Positions 19,799 to 28,779 of a DNA stretch of 64,000 bases are shown piece after piece. Location: assembly GCA_021785125.1 (NCBI GenBank), contig JAJYGF010000004.1, positions 67,124 to 131,123 of the forward strand, read 5' to 3'. This DNA comes from a bacterium (lineage in GTDB: Bacteria; Patescibacteriota; Minisyncoccia; Moranbacterales; UBA2206). Both the position numbers and the translations under genes were made by a program. Each line of letters starts with the position of its first letter. Position 1 is the first letter of the stretch. The notes under the pieces are model-generated. The model was given only the letters and a program-made list of their open reading frames with translations. It was not told the DNA's origin and did no database searches.

Positions 19799-20779
19799 AT
19801 GAAAAAAATTTCTCAAGAAGCTAAAAATTTGCTGGAAGCAATCCGACTGTATGGACCCATACGGTCTTCTGAGTTGGTGAAAAAACTGGGTGTTTCCGCT
19901 AAAACAGTCCATAAACACTTAAATGTTCTTATGGATGAGCAACTGATAGTAAAAAGCGGAATGGCTCCCAAAGTTTTTTATAGTGCTAGTCTTGAGCATG
20001 AAGGCGATTTCGTGGCCAGCACCCAAGATGAACAAATCATCGAGCAAAACTATATTTATGTATCGCCGAGCGGGGAGATGTTCCGCGGAATCGCCGGGTT
20101 TCAACTGTGGTGTCGAAAAAATAAATTTGATTTTGAAAAAGAAAAAAAAGCTTTGATTCAGAAAATCAAAGCTGTGCAGAAGATGAAGAAAGATGGATTA
20201 ATTTCAGCCAAAAAAACCATTCTTTCCGGGAAAAAAGAGTTATATCTGGATAATATTTTCTTCAGCGATTTTTACACTCTTGATCACTTCGGCAAAACAA
20301 AACTTGGCCAATTGGTATATCTTGGAAAATCTTCGCAAAACAAAGAACTGATCAGAGAGACGGCAAGAATAATAAAACCGGCGATCAATAGATTGATTGA
20401 AAAATATGATATCAAGCTGGTTTGCTACATTCCGCCGACTATCGATCGAAAAGTCCAGTTTCTCGAAGTTTTGAAGAAAGGACTTCAATTGGATCTACCC
20501 GAGATTACAGCGATTAAAATTGCGAGTGCGACCAAGGTGCCGCAAAAAACTTTGCGTAAATTGGAAGACCGTATAATAAATGCTCAAACCACCATTGCGG
20601 TCAATCCAAATCAAATCATCGATGGCAATGTGCTGATTGTTGATGACGCGACTGGATCGGGCGCGACGCTGAATGAAACGGCCAAGAAAATTCGCAATAT
20701 CACTACGGGAAATATTAAGATAATCGGATATTCAGCAGTTGGTAGCTTCAAGGGATTTGAAGTAATTAGCGAAGTCTAA
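19799..20779 (+). CDS. PurR-like regulator: N-terminal winged helix plus C-terminal phosphoribosyltransferase-type domain
   Basis: N-terminus LYGPIRSSELVKKLGVSAKTVHKHLNVLMDEQLIV (wHTH). C-terminal PRPP-binding-type motif NVLIVDDATGSGATLNE. Confidence 0.55.
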   Translation: MKKISQEAKNLLEAIRLYGPIRSSELVKKLGVSAKTVHKHLNVLMDEQLIVKSGMAPKVFYSASLEHEGDFVASTQDEQIIEQNYIYVSPSGEMFRGIAGFQLWCRKNKFDFEKEKKALIQKIKAVQKMKKDGLISAKKTILSGKKELYLDNIFFSDFYTLDHFGKTKLGQLVYLGKSSQNKELIRETARIIKPAINRLIEKYDIKLVCYIPPTIDRKVQFLEVLKKGLQLDLPEITAIKIASATKVPQKTLRKLEDRIINAQTTIAVNPNQIIDGNVLIVDDATGSGATLNETAKKIRNITTGNIKIIGYSAVGSFKGFEVISEV

Positions 20780-20784
20780 ACTAT

Positions 20785-21066
20785 ATGAAACTCCTCAAGG
20801 ACTACCTGGAAAAAAAGAATATCCGACAAGTCCAGAATTTGGACGATAAGACCGTCTTTTATGTCTTCAAAAAAATCATCAAAGAAGAATTCGGGAATGT
20901 AGGCGTGGAAAAATTGATTCCGGATTTCTATAAAAACAGAACTATTTTTGTGAAATCGGACAGCTCGGCTTGGGCGTCGGAACTGTGGCTCAACAAGAAT
21001 CGGGTAGTGCGGCAGATGAACAAAGAATTGGGCGAAGGATCGATCGAAAAGATACATGTGAAATGA
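20785..21066 (+). CDS. dciA: DUF721/DciA-like protein (candidate replicative-helicase loader)
   Basis: C-terminal block IFVKSDSSAWASELWLNKNRVVRQMNKELGEGSIEKIHVK matches the DUF721 signature (V.V.SSAWAQEL...). Located in the oriC neighbourhood. Confidence 0.55.
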   Translation: MKLLKDYLEKKNIRQVQNLDDKTVFYVFKKIIKEEFGNVGVEKLIPDFYKNRTIFVKSDSSAWASELWLNKNRVVRQMNKELGEGSIEKIHVK

Positions 21067-21099
21067 AAAATCCCGATTACTCGGGATTTTTCTTATGTC

Positions 21100-23676
21100 T
21101 TATGCTCCGGGAGAAGCCGGAATATTTACGTGTACGGTTATACTGGCATCTTTTGTGCCGCCATTTTTGTCCGTGGCGGTGGCTTTGATGGTTATATCTC
21201 CAGAGGCCGAAGCGGTATAAGTATAATTCATGGAAGAACCGTCTTGTGAAGGCGAAGCGGACGGATTTCCATTGGTTCCGCTGATGTCCAAACTGATATT
21301 TTTTATATCGAATGGCGAAGATGCCGAAACGCTGATCGGAACAGAAGAAGAGGCTATTGTTTGACCATCATTCGGAGAAGAAATGTTTATATCGGGAGTG
21401 ATGTTGGCAAAATCGCTGGATTTGCAATCATTTGTCGGAGGCAGATCACCGTAATCTTTCTTGTGGTCTTTCACATATTTTTGGATGGCATCTTCCCAAT
21501 TTTGAAATTGCGGGTCCTGATCCGGATGTTTCGGCGCGTCTCCGCGCGGGTCGTCTTTATTGACGTAATACAATATGGAATGGGCGTTTGCGAATTTGTC
21601 GTTTTCCACGAGGCTTTGCGGGCAAGCATCGCTGGCTAAGCAGTAATCGCCCTTGCTGCCCGGAATTTGGCAGACTTGGATCTTGGATTCCGGCTGCAAG
21701 TCGCCGTTCAAGATGTCTTTACCGGCATCCTCCGGAGTATATTTCGGAAATTGCTCGATCGGATAATTTTTCAAGGCGGCATTCATAAATTCCCGCCAGA
21801 TAGGCGCGGCTGTGAAAACTCCGTCTGCGCCGGCTGTCATTGGAGAATTATCATTGTTTCCGGCCCAGACTCCGGCCGCAAGAGACGGGGTGTATCCCAT
21901 GGTCCAACCGTCGCGCCAATCATTGGTCGTTCCGGTTTTGGCGGCAACCGGACGATCGGTGAAAGCCAGGGGGCTGTTGCTTCCGAATGTCGGTGCTCGC
22001 AAGCTGTTGTCGGACAGAATGGAATCAAGCATGCCTATATATTTTTCGTCCGCTACTTTTTGTCCCGGATCATTTTGGAATTGCTCCAGCACTTTGCCGG
22101 TTGAGTCGACTACTTTCAGAATAGCAGTCTTATCGTGATGTATTCCATCGTCAGCCAAGGAGGCGTATGCGTTGACATGATCGAGCAATGTGACTTCGCC
22201 TCCTCCCAACACCAGGGACAGACCGTATTGGCCAGGATTGTCGAGAGTTGTTATGCCTAAAGCGTGGGCGGTGTCGATGGAGTTTTGCACTCCGGCCAAA
22301 TATTCCGTTTTTACGGCTGGCACATTGAGGGACATGGCCAAAGCGTCTTTCATGTGCACGAGGCCATGGTTCTTGTTGTCGTAATTTTTGGGATCATAGG
22401 TCTGGCCGCTGTCGGTTGAGAAATTGGTATCAACATCCCAAAGCTGGGTTTCCGGAGTATAGCCTTTTTCAAACGCGGTCAAATATACATATGGTTTGAA
22501 AGAGGATCCCGGTTGGCGCGGCGCGGTGGCTACATTAAAGTTTCCCTCGAATTTGCAAGTTTTTCCGGAAATACATCCGGCCGGTTCGGGCGTTCCGAAA
22601 TAATCTTTGCTTCCGACCATGGCCAAAATCTGGCCAGTTTTCGGATCTATCGCCACTAGAGCGGCATTATTGGCTCCATATTTCAGATTATTGGCGGAAC
22701 CGTCTTTTACGGCTTGTTCGGCCGCTTGCTGCATGTCCCAATCCAAAGTAGTGTAAACTTTCAATCCGCCTTGCTCTAACATCTGACTGCCATAAGCCTT
22801 TTCCAGATAGTCTCGCACGTACATTACAAAATGAGGAGCTGAAATGTTGTCGGAAAATGGCTTGACCTTGGCCAATGTGTCAACCTGCTTGGCTTGGTCG
22901 GCTTCGGCCTGGGTGATATAGCCCAGCTTGGCCATCTGGTTCAAGGCGTAGTGCTGTCGGGCTATCAAGGCGCTGGTGTGGCTGCCGTACGGAGAGTAAT
23001 AGGAAGGAGCTTGCGGCAATGCGGCTAAAAACGCCGATTCGTCTAAGGTCAGATCGCGGGCATGTTTGCCGAAATAAGTTTGGGCGGCCGCTTCAACACC
23101 ATAGGTATTCGAGCCGTACGGAATCTGGTTTAGGTACATGCTCAGAATATCATTCTTGGAATATTTTTGGGCTACTTCTATGGACAAGATCGCCTCTTTT
23201 ATTTTGCGTGAAAGTGTCTTTTCCGGCGTGAGGATGGTCTGTTTCACGAGCTGCTGGGTAATGGTGGAAGCTCCCTGGGAAGCGCTGCGATGCAACAAGT
23301 CATCAAGTCCCGCGCGTATGATGGAAGTTATTTCTATCCCGTGATTGGTATAGAAATTCTGATCTTCAAGAGAAATTGTCGCGTATTTCAAGCTGTCGGG
23401 CATCTGGGAAAAGGGAATGACCGTCCTTTTTTCCTCGCCGTGGATGTCATAGAGCAGATGGGTTCCGGTTCGGTCGTATATTTTGGTCGATTGGGTGATC
23501 ATGCGTTTGCCCATGTCGTTCGGATTCGGCAGATCTTTGGCATAATAAGCGAAAACTCCGATGACGAAAAGAATGAAAATTCCCGCCAAATAGAGACAGG
23601 CGATGCCTATCAGCTTCCAACGTTCTTTGGCCGAAGCGTGTTTGAAATTTTTGAATCTCGCGAAAAGTTTTTTCAT
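21100..23676 (-). CDS. Class A penicillin-binding protein (transglycosylase plus transpeptidase), PBP1A-like
   Basis: GT51 motifs EDQNFYTNHGIE and STITQQLVK. Transpeptidase motifs SSFKP (SxxK), SLN and KTGT. N-terminal TM, and a C-terminal ~150-aa Ser/Thr-rich beta-domain extension. Confidence 0.9.
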   Translation of the reverse strand: MKKLFARFKNFKHASAKERWKLIGIACLYLAGIFILFVIGVFAYYAKDLPNPNDMGKRMITQSTKIYDRTGTHLLYDIHGEEKRTVIPFSQMPDSLKYATISLEDQNFYTNHGIEITSIIRAGLDDLLHRSASQGASTITQQLVKQTILTPEKTLSRKIKEAILSIEVAQKYSKNDILSMYLNQIPYGSNTYGVEAAAQTYFGKHARDLTLDESAFLAALPQAPSYYSPYGSHTSALIARQHYALNQMAKLGYITQAEADQAKQVDTLAKVKPFSDNISAPHFVMYVRDYLEKAYGSQMLEQGGLKVYTTLDWDMQQAAEQAVKDGSANNLKYGANNAALVAIDPKTGQILAMVGSKDYFGTPEPAGCISGKTCKFEGNFNVATAPRQPGSSFKPYVYLTAFEKGYTPETQLWDVDTNFSTDSGQTYDPKNYDNKNHGLVHMKDALAMSLNVPAVKTEYLAGVQNSIDTAHALGITTLDNPGQYGLSLVLGGGEVTLLDHVNAYASLADDGIHHDKTAILKVVDSTGKVLEQFQNDPGQKVADEKYIGMLDSILSDNSLRAPTFGSNSPLAFTDRPVAAKTGTTNDWRDGWTMGYTPSLAAGVWAGNNDNSPMTAGADGVFTAAPIWREFMNAALKNYPIEQFPKYTPEDAGKDILNGDLQPESKIQVCQIPGSKGDYCLASDACPQSLVENDKFANAHSILYYVNKDDPRGDAPKHPDQDPQFQNWEDAIQKYVKDHKKDYGDLPPTNDCKSSDFANITPDINISSPNDGQTIASSSVPISVSASSPFDIKNISLDISGTNGNPSASPSQDGSSMNYTYTASASGDITIKATATDKNGGTKDASITVHVNIPASPGA

Positions 23677-23763
23677 CAGGTTTAATTTTATTTTTTAAAA
23701 TAGCTTTATTCCGGCCAAAAAAGACGAGAACAAGCTTTAAAATTTGACGTAATTATCATTCTA

Positions 23764-25110
23764 CTACAATCGGTCTTCTTCATCAAGCGCGGCTAAAGTC
23801 TCATCCGTAATATTTAATTGATCCAGAATCCACGCATGCCTTGGATTAGATGGATCGTATTTTCCAACAGAGATGCGGCGAAGCTCCGGGGAGTTATTTT
23901 TTGCTAGGGTCCAAATAGAAATGTTGCCTTCACGATAAACGATATCTTTGGTGAAGCAAGCACCGGCTGTTTCGGAAGTGGTTCCGCGAAATGTCCTTAC
24001 ACATCTTTTCCAAGCCGTATTTTTTGCTGATTCCAATGCTTCCGTTCCTGGCTTATTTGATTTTATAAAATAGAAATCCTTTAGAATTTCAAAAACTTTG
24101 CGAAAATTTCTTTTCTTGCCATCCATACCCGTAGCTAGAGCAATAGCAAAATGCCCTTCCAGGCCAGTAAATTCAGAGGCTCCCTCGACCGATTGTTCCT
24201 TATAGGTAGCCAATCCTTCCTCTCCTCGCAAATAACGATCCAAACCTAAGCCAAGGAGTTTTAATTTCGATGTTTCTCCCTTTTCTCTTCTAAGTACATG
24301 AGTTCCAATTTCGTGCTCGATAAGGGCAGCTAGTTTTGTTTTTGTGAGGAGTTTTTCGCGCGGGATAAAAACTTCCTTTTTATCTTGACTTACGTTTATT
24401 GCGCTACTACTGGATTCGCTTATTGAAATGTTCCAACCTGCTATATCATATTTTTCCAATGCTTCTTCAAAGGATTTTTTTATTTCTTCGGATGAATACT
24501 TTTGTTCATTTTTGTCCAAAGATTTTTTTAAAAGGCCAAAATCCTTAGGATTCAAATTTGAATCAGTGTCCATCAAAGCTTCAAAAAGTTCAATATTTAA
24601 TCTTTTTGCTGCTGAAGCTGTCTCGGGATCGGGATCAAATAGTTTTTTATCAATAATGTTTTTTATTTGTGAAATAGTATATTTATAAATATCCTTTTCG
24701 GGTTTTCCATAAATAAACTCTGAATATTTCAAAAAACGATTATCCCTGCCTTCTTTCGATGCTTTCAGCATCCTTAATTCTGCAATTTTTTCATTCAATC
24801 TCCAACGATAAACTTGTTTTATTATTTCATTTGGCTCATTTTCTAAAATAGTCTTTTTTAAGTCTAATAGACAAGCTTCCTTATTTGGAAACTCTAATTT
24901 TTCTAAAGCTGGGTAATCAAGTTTTGGATTTTCTATTTCTCGTGCCAAAAATTTTTTCTTTTGCTCCTCTCGAAAATTCTTTTCTCCATCTAAATATTCA
25001 TAGTCCTGGAAAGAGGCGATCTCTTCAAATCTTTCATACCAAGCATCATCCAATGCTTTTGTACCAGATTCGTTTTTTGGCAAAAATTTATCTTCAAACC
25101 CCATAAACAA
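23764..25110 (-). CDS. DUF1704 / 'QEGLA-motif' family protein with HExxH metallopeptidase-like motif
   Basis: ALIEHEIGTHVLRREKG (HExxH) and LRGEEGLATYKEQ (QEGLA-like). Family co-occurrence with RimK-like ATP-grasp genes is from memory. Confidence 0.6.
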   Translation of the reverse strand: MFMGFEDKFLPKNESGTKALDDAWYERFEEIASFQDYEYLDGEKNFREEQKKKFLAREIENPKLDYPALEKLEFPNKEACLLDLKKTILENEPNEIIKQVYRWRLNEKIAELRMLKASKEGRDNRFLKYSEFIYGKPEKDIYKYTISQIKNIIDKKLFDPDPETASAAKRLNIELFEALMDTDSNLNPKDFGLLKKSLDKNEQKYSSEEIKKSFEEALEKYDIAGWNISISESSSSAINVSQDKKEVFIPREKLLTKTKLAALIEHEIGTHVLRREKGETSKLKLLGLGLDRYLRGEEGLATYKEQSVEGASEFTGLEGHFAIALATGMDGKKRNFRKVFEILKDFYFIKSNKPGTEALESAKNTAWKRCVRTFRGTTSETAGACFTKDIVYREGNISIWTLAKNNSPELRRISVGKYDPSNPRHAWILDQLNITDETLAALDEEDRL

Positions 25111-25159
25111 AAATAAGGCCTATGCCTTATTTTACCACTTTTGTCTTGCAAGCCAAACT

Positions 25160-26173
25160 TTAGCGGAACAGATAATTGATGAGGTTGGGAGCCAGGTCGC
25201 GGATCTCTCCTTGCGTGGGCCTGGCATGTATCTGCAGGTCAGGAAAAGTTCCGTTTATTTCTATTATCACGCCGCCCGTCTCGTCCAGCGGGCGGGATAT
25301 ATCCGCGGTTATTATGTCGATTCCGATGACGGGCAAGTTCATGATTTTGGATATTTCATTTGCCATGTCCAAGATGCTCGGGTGCACGGAATCAGTGGCG
25401 TCTATATACTCTCCGCCATCGAATCCGCCGAAACACAGAGGCACTTTTCGGCCCTGCTCAATGACTGAATCGAGCTTGTATCCGTACGAGATGAGGAATC
25501 GCCGGGTCTTGTCTGTGATTCTTATTTTCTTCAAGCGGCGGTTCTCCCCGCGGTCTTTGTTGCTGTTATTTTCCCGGCGTATCAATTCTTCGGCAGTCAG
25601 CATCCCATCGCCCGTAATATAGGCGGGCACATTTCTTACGGCGGCGAATGATCCGTCTGCCACATATGTCAGCCGGTAATAATCCCCGGGAATGTATTTT
25701 TCCACCAGAACCTTATCGCTGATATTTTTTGCCAGCAAGAAAGATTCCATCAAGAGAGCCTTGTTATCGACATATGGCGTTATGCCTTTTCCTTCTGATG
25801 AGTTCAGGGGCTTTATTACGAGAGGGAATGCGATTTTTTCCATAACCTCTTCCAATTCATCTGCGGATGAAATAACCATGCCGGGCGCAACGGGATAGCC
25901 CAATGTTTTCAAAAGTTTTTTGGTGAGGTGCTTGTTGCGAGCCGTGTTCACGCCGATCGGATTCGCCTTTGATGACAATGACTTGTGCAGCCAAACCAAC
26001 TTACCGTCTTTTTTCAGGATGAAAATCAGCTTGGACGGGAAGACTCTATATATTTCGATGCCGTTTTTCAAGGCGTAATCCAACAGTGCCGTAATTGTCT
26101 TGCGGATCTTCGACTTGTCGATCGTATGAAGATTTTCCGGAGTGATTTTTTCCAGATTTTCCAAAAAAAACAT
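25160..26173 (-). CDS. ATP-grasp enzyme (RimK / cyanophycin-synthetase-like)
   Basis: FPLVIKPLNSSEGKGI, VLVEKYIPGDYYRLTYVADG and IIEINGTFPDLQIH match ATP-grasp phosphate-binding and Mg loops. Confidence 0.6.
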   Translation of the reverse strand: MFFLENLEKITPENLHTIDKSKIRKTITALLDYALKNGIEIYRVFPSKLIFILKKDGKLVWLHKSLSSKANPIGVNTARNKHLTKKLLKTLGYPVAPGMVISSADELEEVMEKIAFPLVIKPLNSSEGKGITPYVDNKALLMESFLLAKNISDKVLVEKYIPGDYYRLTYVADGSFAAVRNVPAYITGDGMLTAEELIRRENNSNKDRGENRRLKKIRITDKTRRFLISYGYKLDSVIEQGRKVPLCFGGFDGGEYIDATDSVHPSILDMANEISKIMNLPVIGIDIITADISRPLDETGGVIIEINGTFPDLQIHARPTQGEIRDLAPNLINYLFR

Positions 26174-27570
26174 TATTTTTTCACATCTATTAAGAATTTA
26201 TTCAGATTTCTTCTGCCGATGATGATCGGATATTTCAAATGGCTCCGATCGATGACGGCCACCTTGGCCGGAATCAGCCAATTATGCATGGAAATGTTCA
26301 CCTTTATCGTCGGCCGATAAGTGATGCCATGGGAGGAATGCACGATGATCCTGGTGGAAGTTATGTCCGGCAGGTGCTTGTAGATACCCCAACGCTCTTT
26401 TTTTGGCAGATCTTTCAGATCCGCGTAGGTCTGGGTGATTTTCTCATATTCTTCGACCATCTTTTCAAATCCGAGTTCGCGGGCCAATTCCGTGCAGATC
26501 GAAGTATAGCCGGCGCCGGTGTCGATCTTGGCCTCCACTTCAACCGTCTTTCCATCTTTTCCGGTCAATTTGACTTTTTCAACCGTGCCGATCACCTTTC
26601 TTCCGGAAATTTCTTCCACTTCTTCTTCGACTTCTCCTCCGAAAAGATCCATGCCCATGCGCACGCCTTTTGAAACGGTTTTTATTTTCAGACCGGAAAT
26701 TCTTTTGAGCCTTTCGGTCAGACCGGCCAAATTCGCAACCTGGATCGAAAGCCCCGGGCGGGCGTTGAGCTCCAAAATGGTCGGACCATATTCTTTGTCG
26801 ATGGCGATGTCAACGCCCAGAAAGCCTAGATTGGATATCTCCTGAGCTGTGGAAGCTAATTCCAAAATATCTTTCCAATACGGAATGCGGATGCCGCTGG
26901 TGGACAGACGGGTGTCCGGTATTTTTTCTATAAACTTTCCCTTGCCGATTATGGCAGTTGTGGTTACTCCGGTGGCCATATCGATCCCGACCCCGATGGC
27001 GCCTTGCTGCAAATTGGCCTTACCTCCGGATTCTTTGGTCGGCAGGCGGAGCATGGCCATGATCGGAACCTTGTTGAAAACGATGACTCTGATATCCGGG
27101 ATGCCTTTATGCGTATAAGGCTTGAAGAGTTTTAATAATTGCAGCCTTTCTTCGAAAAAAGCGACATCCGGCGTATTGGAAAGCGAATATGATCCGTCCA
27201 GGATATTTCGGATATGGTTTTTAAGGTCATCGATCGTAATGAGCGATCGGTCCGCCTTGATCCATGCGTCATCGCGTCCTTTCTTTTTGCCGTAAACCAC
27301 GATGATGCCTTCACCTCCGAATCCGCGATTTGGCTTCAAGGCGAAGCTGTGCGGCAATTTTTGCCAGTCAAAGTTTTCCAGTTCGTCGAGAGTTTTTATT
27401 TTGGCGATAAGCTTTGGAACAGCCGCACCGTTTTTTTTAAGGATTTTTTTGCTAAGCAGTTTGTCGTCGGCCAGGCGCTTGGCTTTCAAGCGATTGTACG
27501 GACGGATGAATTCCAGATTTCTGGAATTCATGCCCAAAATTTTTCGGCTGTTCTTGAAAAGCTCAAACAT
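26173..27570 (-). CDS. Alpha-L-glutamate-ligase-related (RimK-like) ATP-grasp fused to a C-terminal retropepsin-like clan-AA aspartic protease (DTGA)
   Basis: N-terminus MFELFKNSRKILGMNSRNLEFIRPYN...ALKPNRGFGGEGIIVV...ILELNARPGLSIQ. C-terminus VEVEAKIDTGAGYTSICTELARELG carries the DTGA catalytic motif. Confidence 0.65.
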   Translation of the reverse strand: MFELFKNSRKILGMNSRNLEFIRPYNRLKAKRLADDKLLSKKILKKNGAAVPKLIAKIKTLDELENFDWQKLPHSFALKPNRGFGGEGIIVVYGKKKGRDDAWIKADRSLITIDDLKNHIRNILDGSYSLSNTPDVAFFEERLQLLKLFKPYTHKGIPDIRVIVFNKVPIMAMLRLPTKESGGKANLQQGAIGVGIDMATGVTTTAIIGKGKFIEKIPDTRLSTSGIRIPYWKDILELASTAQEISNLGFLGVDIAIDKEYGPTILELNARPGLSIQVANLAGLTERLKRISGLKIKTVSKGVRMGMDLFGGEVEEEVEEISGRKVIGTVEKVKLTGKDGKTVEVEAKIDTGAGYTSICTELARELGFEKMVEEYEKITQTYADLKDLPKKERWGIYKHLPDITSTRIIVHSSHGITYRPTIKVNISMHNWLIPAKVAVIDRSHLKYPIIIGRRNLNKFLIDVKK

Positions 27571-27573
27571 CGT

Positions 27574-28233
27574 TTATTGGATTCTTTTGATTACTTGTCT
27601 GAAGCGTATGTATTCGCTTAACCTCAAGCCTGTCCATTTTCCAATGGCTATATTGAGAGGAATTGTGAACAGAACAGCCCAGGGATAAGTTACCAGAAAC
27701 TTTATAAGCGAACTCCAACTGGCTATATAGAACCCGATGATCGAAATGACCAATGTTTCCAAAGCCAGAATCAAAGCTGTCTTGTTTCCTTTTTCAATCT
27801 GGACAGCCACAAACTTTTCGACCAATGTGATCATGATCAGGATGGGAAAAATGGAAACGGAAGCCAGGCCGGTCCTTTGTAGGCTTCCTCCGAGCGCCAA
27901 GAAGAAAAGGATGATCAGTGCTACGAAGGTTAGCATTATAGCTACCCGTGGAAGATAGAGCAGTCGGAAGGGCTTTAGGACAAAGCGCATCAGCATGCCG
28001 ATAAAAATGACCGCCAAAAATATGGCGATGCCGTATTTGATGCCGTTAGTCGCCAAGAAGGCGAAAGTTATGATGAGCGGCGTATAGATGCCGAAAGCTT
28101 TGATGCCGACCACTTGGCGCATAAAAGCGATCAAAGTGGCTATGATCGGCAGCATCAAAATCAAAATTATAGTTTCAAACGGAACGCCTTCGGTCATAAA
28201 GAAGCGTATGATAGGGCTGATTGAAATTTCCAT
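27574..28233 (-). CDS. Seven-TM membrane protein ('7TM' component of ATP-grasp/inactive-transglutaminase type cassettes)
   Basis: 219 aa with 7 predicted TM helices. Stop-start distance of 3 nt to the ATP-grasp::protease gene. Confidence 0.5.
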   Translation of the reverse strand: MEISISPIIRFFMTEGVPFETIILILMLPIIATLIAFMRQVVGIKAFGIYTPLIITFAFLATNGIKYGIAIFLAVIFIGMLMRFVLKPFRLLYLPRVAIMLTFVALIILFFLALGGSLQRTGLASVSIFPILIMITLVEKFVAVQIEKGNKTALILALETLVISIIGFYIASWSSLIKFLVTYPWAVLFTIPLNIAIGKWTGLRLSEYIRFRQVIKRIQ

Positions 28234-28238
28234 AGGAA

Positions 28239-28724
28239 TTATTTATGTGAATTAAGCTTCCTGCTATTCAAATGACATATGGCGATGGCGATGGCGTCGG
28301 CCGTGTCGTCCGGCTTGGGAACGGATTTCAATTTCAAAATATTTTTTACCATCAGTTGCACCTGTTTCTTTTCGGCTTTCCCGTAGCCGGTGACGGATTG
28401 CTTGACTTGCAACGGGGTGTAATTGGCTATGCTAACACTTTTTTGCTCCAGTGTCAAGAGAATAGCGCCTCTGGATTGTCCGATCTCAATGACGGTTTTT
28501 TGATTTTTGAAGAAAAAAAGCTTTTCGACCGCAGCTTCCTCCGGACCGTATTTTTTTATGATATCTTCCAAGTCTCTCGAAATTTCCAAAAGGCGGCTTT
28601 CATCGGATTTTTTCTGGCTGGTTGAAATATGTCCGAAAGCCACCGGAAGGATCTGTCCGTTCTTTTCTTCAATTACCGCCCAGCCGACAAGGGCTGTGCC
28701 TGGATCGATTCCAAGTATTCTCAT
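28239..28724 (-). CDS. ruvC: Holliday junction resolvase RuvC
   Basis: MRILGIDPGTALVGWAVIE...DAIAIAICH. Confidence 0.9.
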   Translation of the reverse strand: MRILGIDPGTALVGWAVIEEKNGQILPVAFGHISTSQKKSDESRLLEISRDLEDIIKKYGPEEAAVEKLFFFKNQKTVIEIGQSRGAILLTLEQKSVSIANYTPLQVKQSVTGYGKAEKKQVQLMVKNILKLKSVPKPDDTADAIAIAICHLNSRKLNSHK

Positions 28725-28779
28725 GCAGTTATCCTAAAACTTAGTTTTAGGAATTTCCTGAATTTCCTAAAGCAAAATT

